The position numbers and the translations under genes are program-made. A model generated the notes under the pieces. It had not been told where the DNA came from. It saw only the letters and a list, made by a program, of their open reading frames with translations, and did no database searches. This document shows positions 1-9,635 of a DNA stretch of 64,000 nucleotides, piece by piece (position 1 is the stretch's first letter; each line of letters begins with the position of its first letter). The stretch is taken from positions 2,528,001-2,592,000 of the forward strand of contig OZ252239.1 of the NCBI GenBank assembly GCA_965249485.1, in the 5' to 3' direction. Source of the stretch: a bacterium (GTDB lineage: Bacteria > SM23-31).

Positions 1-1156
1 TTCCCGGTCACCGAAATAATAGCTCATGATTGGGCTGCATATGAGCAGGCTTTACAAGCAACACCTTCATCCGCAGAAACATGGCTTGTTGAAGGGAATG
101 CACCTGTGGTAGGAGAGTTGTTTACAAATAAGGATCTTGCACAAACATTTCGAAAACTGGCAGCTGGTGGGCGTAATGAGTTCTATAAAGGCACAATTGC
201 CCGAGCGATTGTAAATTTTTCAGATGAGCAGGCAGGTTTTCTCTCAATGAGAGATTTTGAGGATCATACTTCAACCTGGATTGAACCGATTTATACTGAG
301 TATAAGGATTACCGTTTATATGAACTGCCGCCGAATGGACAGGGAATTGCCGCCCTTGAGATGCTTAATATATTAGGAAATGTTAATCTCCAATCGCTGG
401 AACACAATTCCGCAGACTATCTTCACTATTTGATTGAGGCAAAAAAACTTGCTTATGCCGATCTATCACAATGGGTTGGTGATCTAGAATTTAATCCTTT
501 GCCGGTAGAACACATCATTTCAAAAGAGTACAGCGTCAAACAATTTAAAAGAATTAATAGAGAACAAGCAGGGATTAGAGTAGAATCTGGTATACCTCCG
601 ACATGGCGATACGGTTTATTTAACAGTAATGGATAACAATGGAAATGCGGTTTCCTTCATCAATAGCATATATGAGAAATTCGGATCAAAACTGACTGTT
701 CCCGGTACAGGAATCTTGTTACAGAATAGAGGCGCACTTTTTTCTTTGCAGGAGGGACATGTAAATGTTTTTGAGCCTCATAAGCGTCCATTTCATACAA
801 TAATTCCCGCGATGGTGTTGAAAGATAGTGATTTTTTTATGAGTTTTGGGGTGATGGGTGGCTCGAATCAACCTCAGGCACATGTTCAAGTGTTGGTGAA
901 TATGATTGAGTACGGAATGAATGTACAGGAAGCCATAGAAGCGCCAAGAATCAGACATTTTAGCGATACCTATGTCATGTTTGAACCGGGTATATTGGAA
1001 GAAGTAATCGCTGATCTGGAAAAACGAGGGCACGACTCCTTACCGTATAGATTCGGCAGTCACGGAGGAGGTCAGGGAATCGTGTTTGATAACAAATCTG
1101 GTTCGATATTCGGAGGATCAGATCCACGTAAAGATGGTATTGCTGTTGGATACTAA
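1..1156 (+). CDS. ggt: Gamma-glutamyltransferase family protein (5' end outside window; +1 frameshift near 584-601)
   Basis: Frame 1 is open from base 1 (FYKG, ELPPNGQG, EAKKLAYAD). The other frame continues HGDTVYLTVMDNNGNAVSFINS...LQNRG...PFHTIIP...FGVMGG..QPQ...GGSDPRKDG, with the catalytic Thr codon at 611-613. Confidence 0.9.
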
Positions 1157-1215
1157 TTTGTTGTAGTTTATAGTGTAAGACTAAAATCGAATGTAAGTGA
1201 TGTAAGTATAGATTA

Positions 1216-2083
1216 ATGTGCGAAATCCAGATAAAAACACTTCATACACTTTCAGACTTTCAAGAATTTTCCGAGCTTCAGAAAAAAATCTGGAAATTCA
1301 GTGATGGAACTGAATGTGTACCTGATTATATCTTGATGGCTGCAGACGAGTATGGCGGTATTGTATTTGGTGCTTATGATGGCTCTAATATGATTGGTAT
1401 TGAGCTCATTTTGCCTGCTTATACACCGGAAGACGGATTTTTTCATTATGATCAGCTCTTAGGTATCCATCCAGACTGGCAGCATAAAGGTTTGGGTTAT
1501 AAGTTTAAAACTAAGCATTATGAAGAAGCGAAGAAAATGGGTGTTAAGAAAGTGACCTGGACATATGATCCCTTACAAGGGCCAAATGCCAATCTGAATG
1601 TGCAAAAATCAGGAGGAATTGTGAGGGAGTATCGCCCCAATATTTATGGCGAATACATGGGAGGCAGTGAACTTAATTCAGGTATACCCTCTGAGCGTTT
1701 TATTCTTGAATGGTATGTTTCTTCAAAACGTGTGCAAAATTAGGATGGAACAAATAAATCCGGAGCCAACCTATCATACTGAAGAGGAGATCATACCAAT
1801 TAATACCTTGACATCAATAAACAATAATATGCAAAAAATGGATTCATATATTATAGATTGAACTAAAAACACAATTTATGTTGAAATTCCCCGAAATTTT
1901 CAATCGATAATTGATACCGATAAAAAATTGGCATGTGACTGGAGAATGAAGACAAGAGCGATGTTTACAGAGGGTTTTGAAGCGGGATATACGGTTGTTG
2001 ATTTTTTCCAGATTGGTCCCAGCGCAATAAAGCGCAATATATATATGCTCGATAATTCGGCTGATATAGATAGTGCGATATGA
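1216..2083 (+). CDS. GNAT-family acyltransferase of the type found next to NSAR/OSBS (interrupted: +1 base at ~1741, in-frame TGA at 1859-1861)
   Basis: Motifs GIHPDWQHKGLG, WTYDPLQGPNANLN, SERFILEW. After the frameshift the frame continues YVEIPRNFQ...DWRMKTRAMF...GYTVVDF and ends in an ATGA overlap with the next start (2080-2083). Confidence 0.75.
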
Positions 2084-3183
2084 AGATAGAAAAAATTGAA
2101 TTACTTAGGGTGAAAATTCCTCTCAAACATTTTTTTGAAACCAGCTACGGCAGAGTGTATCATGAAGAACATATAATTGTCAAGATGTTGAGTGAAGGGA
2201 TTACAGGATACGGTGAATCTGCCGTAGAAACTGTCCCATATTATATTCATGAAACGACCGATTCTGTCTTGTATATCCAAAAAGAATTTTTTGTACCGGC
2301 GGTCTTGCACAATGATTTTCAGAGTATCGAAGAGTTAACCAATACATTAAGTAAAGTCCGTGGAAATAATATAGCAAAATGCGGATTTGAAGGAGCGTTC
2401 TGGCATATTTATACACAGATGCGTAACATACCACTCTATAAGCAGTGGGGAGGCGTTCGGAGTACAATTCATTCGGGTGTAAGTATTGGAATTCAGGATT
2501 CAATTCAGGATCTCCTGAAACGTATAGAATCATTTCTTGAAGAAGGTTACAAAAGAATAAAAATTAAGATAAAACCGGGCTGGGACGTTGACGCTGTTAA
2601 AGCTATCCGTGAAAATATTGGTGATATTCCACTCATGGTAGATGCAAATTCAGCATATACTCTTATGGATGTAGATATCTTGAAGGCTCTTGATGATTAC
2701 GATCTAATGATGATTGAGCAGCCCTTGCACCATGAAGACTTCACTGAACATGCACATCTGCAACAGCAATTACAGACACCGATTTGTCTCGATGAGAGTA
2801 TTGCAAATGTAGCGAGTGCAAAAGCAGCAATTGCTTTGCAGAGTTGCAAAATTATTAATATTAAACCTGCCCGTGTTGGCGGATATTCCAATGCTATCGA
2901 AATACATAATCTATGTAAAGATAGTGGAGTTGGTGTCTGGTGCGGTGGAATGCTCGAATTTGGCATTGGAAGAGCATTTAATGTGGCACTTTGCTCATTA
3001 GAAAATTTTATTTTTCCGGGAGATGTCTCTTCGAGCAGCAGATACTATGAAGAAGACCTTATAAGTCCACCTATCGAGCTGGAACGGGGAGAATTTAAAA
3101 TACCTGACAATCCTGGTATAGGTTTTGGTATAGATAAAGAAGTTCTTAATAAATATACAATAGATTCATTTAATGCTTCATAA
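2080..3183 (+). CDS. menC: o-succinylbenzoate synthase / N-succinylamino acid racemase (enolase superfamily)
   Basis: KIKIK, DANSAY, IEQP, CLDESI, NIKPARVGG, WCGGMLEFGIGRA, PGDVSSSSRYY are typical of the NSAR/OSBS subfamily. Confidence 0.85.
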   Translation: MKIEKIELLRVKIPLKHFFETSYGRVYHEEHIIVKMLSEGITGYGESAVETVPYYIHETTDSVLYIQKEFFVPAVLHNDFQSIEELTNTLSKVRGNNIAKCGFEGAFWHIYTQMRNIPLYKQWGGVRSTIHSGVSIGIQDSIQDLLKRIESFLEEGYKRIKIKIKPGWDVDAVKAIRENIGDIPLMVDANSAYTLMDVDILKALDDYDLMMIEQPLHHEDFTEHAHLQQQLQTPICLDESIANVASAKAAIALQSCKIINIKPARVGGYSNAIEIHNLCKDSGVGVWCGGMLEFGIGRAFNVALCSLENFIFPGDVSSSSRYYEEDLISPPIELERGEFKIPDNPGIGFGIDKEVLNKYTIDSFNAS

Positions 3184-3207
3184 TACTTTACAGATAGTTT
3201 TAGAACC

Positions 3208-3453
3208 ATGAATATAACGGTACGGTTTTTTGCGCTGTGTAAGGAAATGACCGGAACAAACCGGGTCGAATTTGAATTTCCAGACGGCGCAGATAAAGAC
3301 ACTTTAGTGGAAAAATTGATTTTCCGATATCCTGCGCTCCAGGATTTGCTCCCGCAGACAGCTTTTGCTATAAATAATGAATATATCATGCACAATTTTG
3401 AAATGCATGATGGTGATGAGATTAATCTTATTCCACCGGTAAGCGGAGGATAA
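3208..3453 (+). CDS. moaD: Molybdopterin synthase sulfur carrier subunit
   Basis: 81 aa ubiquitin-like protein; VRFFA...PPVSGG C-terminus; adjacent to moaE. Confidence 0.92.
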   Translation: MNITVRFFALCKEMTGTNRVEFEFPDGADKDTLVEKLIFRYPALQDLLPQTAFAINNEYIMHNFEMHDGDEINLIPPVSGG

Positions 3454-3454
3454 T

Positions 3455-3883
3455 ATGAAATGGATTACAGATAAACCGATTGATACTGAAAGACTTATGA
3501 AATCTGTTGAATCCCCGGAAACCGGAGCAATTATCACGTTTAACGGTGTTGTCAGGAATAATGCCGAGGGTAAACAAGTTTTACGGATGGAATATGAAGC
3601 TCATATAGATATGGCAGAAAAACTTATGGCTGAACTTGCGGAAAAAATAATGTCAGATTTTAATATCACCGAAATTACTATGCAGCATAGGACCGGAATG
3701 CTCGAAATCGGGGAATCGAGTGTTATGATTGCAGTTTCAGCTCCACACCGGGTTGATGCGTTTGACGCCTGTCGGTATGCCATTGATACAATTAAAGAGA
3801 CAATACCAATCTGGAAAAAAGAATATTTCCAAGATGGAGCAAATTGGGTAGACGGCACGCCGATTCAACCAAACGTAGGATGA
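3455..3883 (+). CDS. moaE: Molybdopterin synthase catalytic subunit
   Basis: GAIITFNGVVRN, YEAH, HRTG, SAPHR, PIWKKE. Confidence 0.95.
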   Translation: MKWITDKPIDTERLMKSVESPETGAIITFNGVVRNNAEGKQVLRMEYEAHIDMAEKLMAELAEKIMSDFNITEITMQHRTGMLEIGESSVMIAVSAPHRVDAFDACRYAIDTIKETIPIWKKEYFQDGANWVDGTPIQPNVG

Positions 3884-3887
3884 AAAA

Positions 3888-4475
3888 ATGAATACCGCTG
3901 TCATTCTTGCTGCTGGTGAATCCAGTAGAATGGAAAATTCGCCAAAAGCAAATCTGTTGTATAGAAATAAAACTTTTCTTGAAAATCTTGTTGTTGTCTT
4001 TCAGGGTGCAGGTATTGACTCTATTGTTGTCGTACTTGGAGCTCATGTTGATGAAGTAAAAAAGAATCATGTAAAACTGCCTGTTAAATTCATTGTAAAT
4101 GCCAATTATCAGGAAGGACAGCTTAGTTCAATTAAAGAATCACTCAAAGTGATTTCTGCTGAATCAGAACTCATAATTGTCCACCTTGTTGACCATCCGT
4201 TGATACAATCAAATACTATAATGTTGATACTTTCTAAAAGAACAGAGACAAATGCTTCGGTTATCATTCCTACATATGAAAAGCGAAGAGGACACCCCGT
4301 GCTATTTGGAAAAGAAGTGTTTTCTGAACTGCAAAATGCATCCAATCACGTAGGTGCCCGTGAAGTTGTATGGAATCACAAAGATGATCTCAAAGAAGTT
4401 GCAACGAATGATAGAGGAATTCTGATTAATATTAATACGCCGGAAGAGTATCGGAAATGGTGTGAACATGAATAA
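3888..4475 (+). CDS. mocA: MocA/YgfJ-like molybdenum cofactor cytidylyltransferase (nucleotidyltransferase)
   Basis: ILAAGESSRM, GQLSSI, LVDHP, RGHPVLF, NINTPEEY; follows moaDE. Confidence 0.75.
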   Translation: MNTAVILAAGESSRMENSPKANLLYRNKTFLENLVVVFQGAGIDSIVVVLGAHVDEVKKNHVKLPVKFIVNANYQEGQLSSIKESLKVISAESELIIVHLVDHPLIQSNTIMLILSKRTETNASVIIPTYEKRRGHPVLFGKEVFSELQNASNHVGAREVVWNHKDDLKEVATNDRGILININTPEEYRKWCEHE

Positions 4476-4607
4476 CAATGTGTTAGACTGTGATGAGATA
4501 TCCGACATTTGAGAGATTTACCCCACCTTTATTAAGCAAGATATACAAATTCACGTATTAATCCGACCAAAATTATCGCCTTAAAAACTACTTTCTGTGA
4601 TATTTAA

Positions 4608-4640
4608 TTGAATGAATAACTGATAATGAGTATCGTTATA
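4608..4640 (+). promoter_or_regulatory. Putative sigma70 promoter (TTGAAT-N17-TATCGT) overlapped by a Fur-family box-like sequence
   Basis: GATAATGAGTATCGTTATA (4622-4640) matches 15/19 of GATAATGATAATCATTATC; it lies upstream of the ferredoxin pair. Confidence 0.45.
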
Positions 4641-4716
4641 GTATAAAATGTATATTTTGTTACATCTATAACCGGAGCATTCTTCAGGCTCTCAATATTG
4701 AAAGGAATGGGCCTAT

Positions 4717-4944
4717 ATGTCATATATGATTTTAAAAGAGGAGTGAGTAGCGTGCGATGCATGCTATGAAGCATGTTTATTTGATGCTGTACAGAGGGAT
4801 TTTCCTGCATATTTTATCGATTCGAGTAAATGTAATGAGTGCTCAGAATTATATGACAAAGCACAATGCGCTGTTGTTTGCCCGTTGATAGATGGTTGTG
4901 TGCCTAATTCTTCCCATACAAGTGAAAATCTCGTGCGTACTTAG
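4717..4944 (+). CDS. YfhL/Alvin-type 2[4Fe-4S] ferredoxin with in-frame TGA at the first Cys (candidate selenoprotein, or pseudogene/error)
   Basis: Manual translation: MSYMILKEE*VACDACYEACLFDAVQRDFPAYFIDSSKCNECSELYDKAQCAVVCPLIDGCVPNSSHTSENLVRT. RBS AAAGGAA at 4701-4707; TGA at 4744-4746; second motif CxxC-x8-CxxxCP. Not in the ORF track. Confidence 0.8.
4747..4790 (+). promoter_or_regulatory. SECIS-like stem-loop immediately 3' of the in-frame UGA
   Basis: Upper stem GCATGCT (4759-4765) / AGCATGT (4770-4776), loop ATGA starting 19 nt after the UGA. Lower stem GTAGCGT (4747-4753) / ATGCTGT (4784-4790) with G-U pairs. Confidence 0.4.
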
Positions 4945-4997
4945 CGAAATATTATCAGAGTTCATTTGATCTAATTATTTAGTTAGGAAGTAGTTGA

Positions 4998-5207
<210 letters not shown>

Positions 5208-5237
5208 ACAATTCTTAACAAATAGTTGCAAAATAAT

Positions 5238-5265
5238 AAACGGGTGCATGGTGCCCGTTTTTTTT
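5238..5265 (+). terminator. Intrinsic terminator after the ferredoxin pair
   Basis: AAACGGGTGC-ATG-GTGCCCGTTT followed by a T-run. Confidence 0.8.
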
Positions 5266-5463
5266 ATTATAAGTTATAACAAATGCAAATCAAGTTGTCT
5301 AACTTCTTTGATTCTCATCACATTTTCCTTACATTTACGGTATTGTATTTACAATAATATACGGTATTTTCCTCATGCTTTCTTAAAGCAAATTTAATCG
5401 CATGACGATAATGAGTTAAGATAAGTTTAAATAGTTCGTGTGATGGACTCACGCTGATCGACC

Positions 5464-8400
5464 ATGAAACATATTAACCCTTACAAAAACAAATTGTTAG
5501 GCGCACTATGCCTTGTTGTGCTGCTGAGTATCCCTTCAGTCAGTTATGCACAGCTTGACATTTGGACTCCTGTAGGTCCCGGAATTGCCGCCGGTGATAC
5601 GATGTTTTCTATTGCTGTTGATCCGAATTTTCCGGATACGATATATGTTGGTAGTTCTTCCTCCCGAATTGAAAGAACATTTGATGGAGGAGCAAATTGG
5701 ACTCCTCTTGCGACATTTCCCGGAGGCGTTCATATTGTTGATCTGATTGTGCATCCTAATATCTCATCAAAAGTAATAGCAGCATCTGACAGTGGAGTGT
5801 TTGTAAGTACGGACAGAGGGGCAACTTGGACACATAGCATTGCTGGATTAGCTGACACCGTCCTGACAGATTTACTAATCAATTCTCAAAATCCTGATAC
5901 ATTGTTTGCAACTGGCAGGGGTGGTGTATTCAGGAGCTTAAATCTTGCAACCTCTTGGGCATCACATAATGGCGGATTATCAGCTGATTCCGTCAATGTC
6001 ACATCTATAAGGTAATGCCACATTTGATCAAGCGACTATGTATGTCGGAACTTCAAATGGCAGGTTGTACAGATCAGATAATTCTGGCCTTACCTGGACA
6101 TTTCGAGGAACTATTGCAGGAGCGAATATAACAAGGATTATTGTCGATAACCTTGACTCCGATATTGTGTATGCTGGCACAGCGAGTGATGGTGTTCACA
6201 GATCACTTGACGGAGGAGTGTCTTGGTCCCAGTTTCCAAGAAGTAATCCGGTTACAGATGTTCTCCAGATAAAGTCGCTTGCGCTTGATTCGTCAACACC
6301 TCGAAAACTATATGCCGGTACAGATGGGAATGGAGTATATCAGTTTGCGTTCGGCGACACCGTATTGTCGGCAATTAATCTCGGATTGAATAATGGAAGA
6401 ATTTTTGATTTGGCAGTTCACCCGCTTGAACCGTATATAATCTTCTCCACAACAGAAGAAAATTCACTTAATGCAGTTTACAAGTATATCGGCAATAGAA
6501 GTCCTATAATCGATCCCATCAGTGATAAACAGTTAAATGTTGGAGAACTTGTAACATTTACGGTTACAGCGAGTGATCCAGATACGGGAGAAACCAGCGA
6601 TCTTGTTTTTCTTGTTGACAATCTTCCACAGAATGCTACTTATGACTCACTTGCCACTCATGTCTTTTCGTGGATTCCTGCTCAATCAGATACAGGTGAT
6701 AATGTTGTCGTTTTTAAAGTACACGATCTGCGGAATGGTCAGGACTCTTCTGTTGTAACCATTAATGTGAACAGAATTCCGACAATAACTATAGCCGATA
6801 CCACGATTAGTGGTGTCGAAGACTCTCTTATCACATTTACCGTTTCAGCGACAGATCTCGATAATGATCCGTTGCTTTTTAGTGCATCAAATCTTCCGAC
6901 TGGTGCTACATACGATACAAGTGGTGCGAAAACTTTTACCTGGACGCCTGGATTTGACCAGGCAGGTAGTACGACTGTCACATTTACCGTGGATGATAGT
7001 AGGACAGGTGTTGTCACAAAAAATGTTATCTTTTCAATTCAGAACAAAAACCGTAATCCATTCTTCGATCCTGCAATAAGTGATAAGGCTGTGCAGGAAG
7101 GTTCACTCCTGTCGTTTACTGTAAATGGAACAGATTTAGATAACGATCCGATAACGTATAGTATTTTAGATACTTTACCAATAGGCGCAGGCTACGATTC
7201 AGTAGATACGAAACGATTTTCCTGGATTCCGACCTTTGAAGATTCAGGTCGACATGTTGTGGTATTTACATTGCGTGACGACCTAGGGGGATCAGCAACT
7301 GACTCCGTTGCTATTACCGTTCAAAATGTCAATCGAGTACCTGTTTTCAGCACAATTGCAGACACGTTTTCAATAAATGAGGGTGAAAGTATTAGTTTCA
7401 CTGTTCGGGCAACCGATGCTGATGGTGACTCCGTTTCGTATGATGCAGCTAATCTGCCTCAGAGTTCAACGTTCAATAAATTCAGCGGTCTATTTATCTG
7501 GATTCCAAATTTTAGTCAAAGCGGTACACACCGTGTTGTCTTTAACGCTCTCGATGATCAGGGAGGCGGATCATTTAGAGACGTATTTCTTGTTGTACAG
7601 GATGTGCAAGTGCCTCTGCCAGGTACCGACTTTGCTCCTACAATTATTGGTACAGAAGATAAAGTGATCAACGAAAACGAAACTGTGATTTTCCAGGTTG
7701 TTGCAACAGATGACGGCTTACAAGATTCGTTAACATTCAACCTCGATAATGCATTGCCTTCCGGGGCAACGTTCGATGCACAAGGGACACACATTTTTGA
7801 ATGGGTTACAACATTTAATGACAGCGGTACCTACGTATTGGCATTCAGTGTGACCGATAGTTTTCCGAATACTGCCCGTGATACGGTGTTGATTACGGTT
7901 AATAATATAAATAGGTTGCCGGTAACTACCGTCCCCACGGACACAAATTTTGCAGAAGGGACTTCAATTGTACTGCCGCTTGGAATTTCTGATCCTGATA
8001 ACGATGCTATTACTATTACCTATTTTGAAGTGCCTTTCGGTAGCTTGATCAAGTCTGGAGGAGTCGATACGCTTGTGTGGACACCAACATTTTTGCAGGA
8101 AGGCGTTTATTAACTTAGGTTCACTGTTGACGACACTCAGAATGGAAGTTTAAGCCATACCTTGCAGATAACTATAGACAACACAAATAGAAGCCCGGCA
8201 GGTTTTAATATTATTACTCCAAAGGATGGCAATGAAGTTCTCCTTACAGATTATCTGATTTGGGAACAGGCAGATGATCCAGATATTGACGATACACTGA
8301 GTTATTCATTGGAGCTTGATGACGATCCCGCATTCGGCTCTATTGATATTCAGATCGATACGATAAATAATTTTTTAATTTCGCAGCCAAGCATCGCTGG

Positions 8401-9577
8401 TGGCGGAAGTAGTCTGCCGCAGTTTGTGCTGTCAAAAGGTTCAATAACCGGTAGTGCTTTTGCTCTAAAAGTGAGTGATATCCCCAGCATTACTTCTTTG
8501 ATTGACGATGCAGAATATTACTGGCGTGTGCAGGGATTTGACAATCGAGGTGGCCAAACTGTGTCTACATCTGGTACACATTCGTTCCATCTTAATATCG
8601 CAAATAATCCGCCATTGGTACCATCAAGTGGCATTAGTCCGGTATCAAGTGTGTCAGTAATTGTGCCACAGCCTATATTTCGCTGGGATCCAGCAACTGA
8701 TCCGGATTTCAGTGATCCTTCGTCATCATTAAAATATGCTCTTGAATTGTCGAATAATAATTTCCAGCTTGGATTTGACGAAAGAGTCATTACCGAAGCT
8801 GGAATTGATACCTTTATTAGCCCTGTTTTCTTTGAAGATAATGAAATTTGGTATTATAGATTAAGCACAATCGATGACGAGGGAACTTCTTCTCCGCAGG
8901 GTTCAATCATGCAAATATTTATTAACACCATACAAGAGCCTCCCGGGACATTTAATCTGGTATTGCCACAGGAAAACTTCGGATATTCATCGAGGCCGGA
9001 TTCCATTTTCTTTGACTGGAGCGACAGCTTCGATCCTGATCCAGGCAATTTAATATATTATAAGCTTGAAATTAGTGTAGATGACGATTTCTCCAATGAA
9101 AATGTTGTCTTGTTTGTAGATAATATCTCGAAAAATACATCATTTATCAATGTTTCTACTAATGTCTTGGAAAAAGGATCATATTATTGGAGAATTTTAG
9201 CCATCGATGATGGAGGGCTCAGTACTCCAAGTAGTGCAGCACGGATGTTTGGATTAATCACGTCTATAAAAGAAGACAGGTCAAATACCATAATTCCTCG
9301 ACAATTTGAAGTTGCACAAAACTATCCGAATCCATTCAATAATCAAACGGTGATAAAATATAGTTTACCGTATATATCACCGGTTAGAGTTACTATATAC
9401 AGTATTTCAGGTCAGATTATCCACAATGAATCATATTCAACGTTAAGTCCGGGCAATTATATTTTCAACTGGGATGGTACAGGGCACCATAGGAAACCTG
9501 TAGCATCGGGTGTCTATATAGCTGTCATTTCAACAAAGTTTGAGAGTAGTGCGCAGCGAATGATGTTAGTCAAGTAG
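5464..9577 (+). CDS. Large secreted/surface protein (~1370 aa if repaired): BNR/VPS10-like beta-propeller, about 6 cadherin-like Ig repeats, about 3 Fn3-like domains, FlgD-Ig/T9SS-like C-terminal domain; broken by +1 base at ~6010 and in-frame TAA at 8111-8113
   Basis: Signal peptide ...SVSYA|Q; repeated SxDxGxTW Asp-boxes; repeated NRxP...TFTVxATDxDxDxL...LPxGA...FxWxP; C-terminal QNYPNPFN...WDG...VASGVY. The three ORF pieces are collinear (TSI-a-GNATFDQATMYVG; GVY*LRFTVDD). Confidence 0.8.
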
Positions 9578-9635
9578 AACATACAAGTGGAGTAATCAGA
9601 CTGTACCATAATAGTATAAATACTGCATCGAAACC

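Noticed and set aside
1859..1905. Selenocysteine at the GNAT TGA (weak TTGAAA/TTTCAA hairpin downstream)
   Set aside because: Variable linker position with no Cys-motif context, an AT-only stem, and the same gene also has a frameshift.
4604..4810. ORF-track entry 4604..4810 (-)
   Set aside because: Antisense to the UGA-containing ferredoxin and its promoter; no recognisable motif.
6490..8200. Repeated segments as a DNA repeat array or CRISPR
   Set aside because: The repeats are diverged protein-level Ig/cadherin domains with no identical nucleotide repeat-spacer structure.
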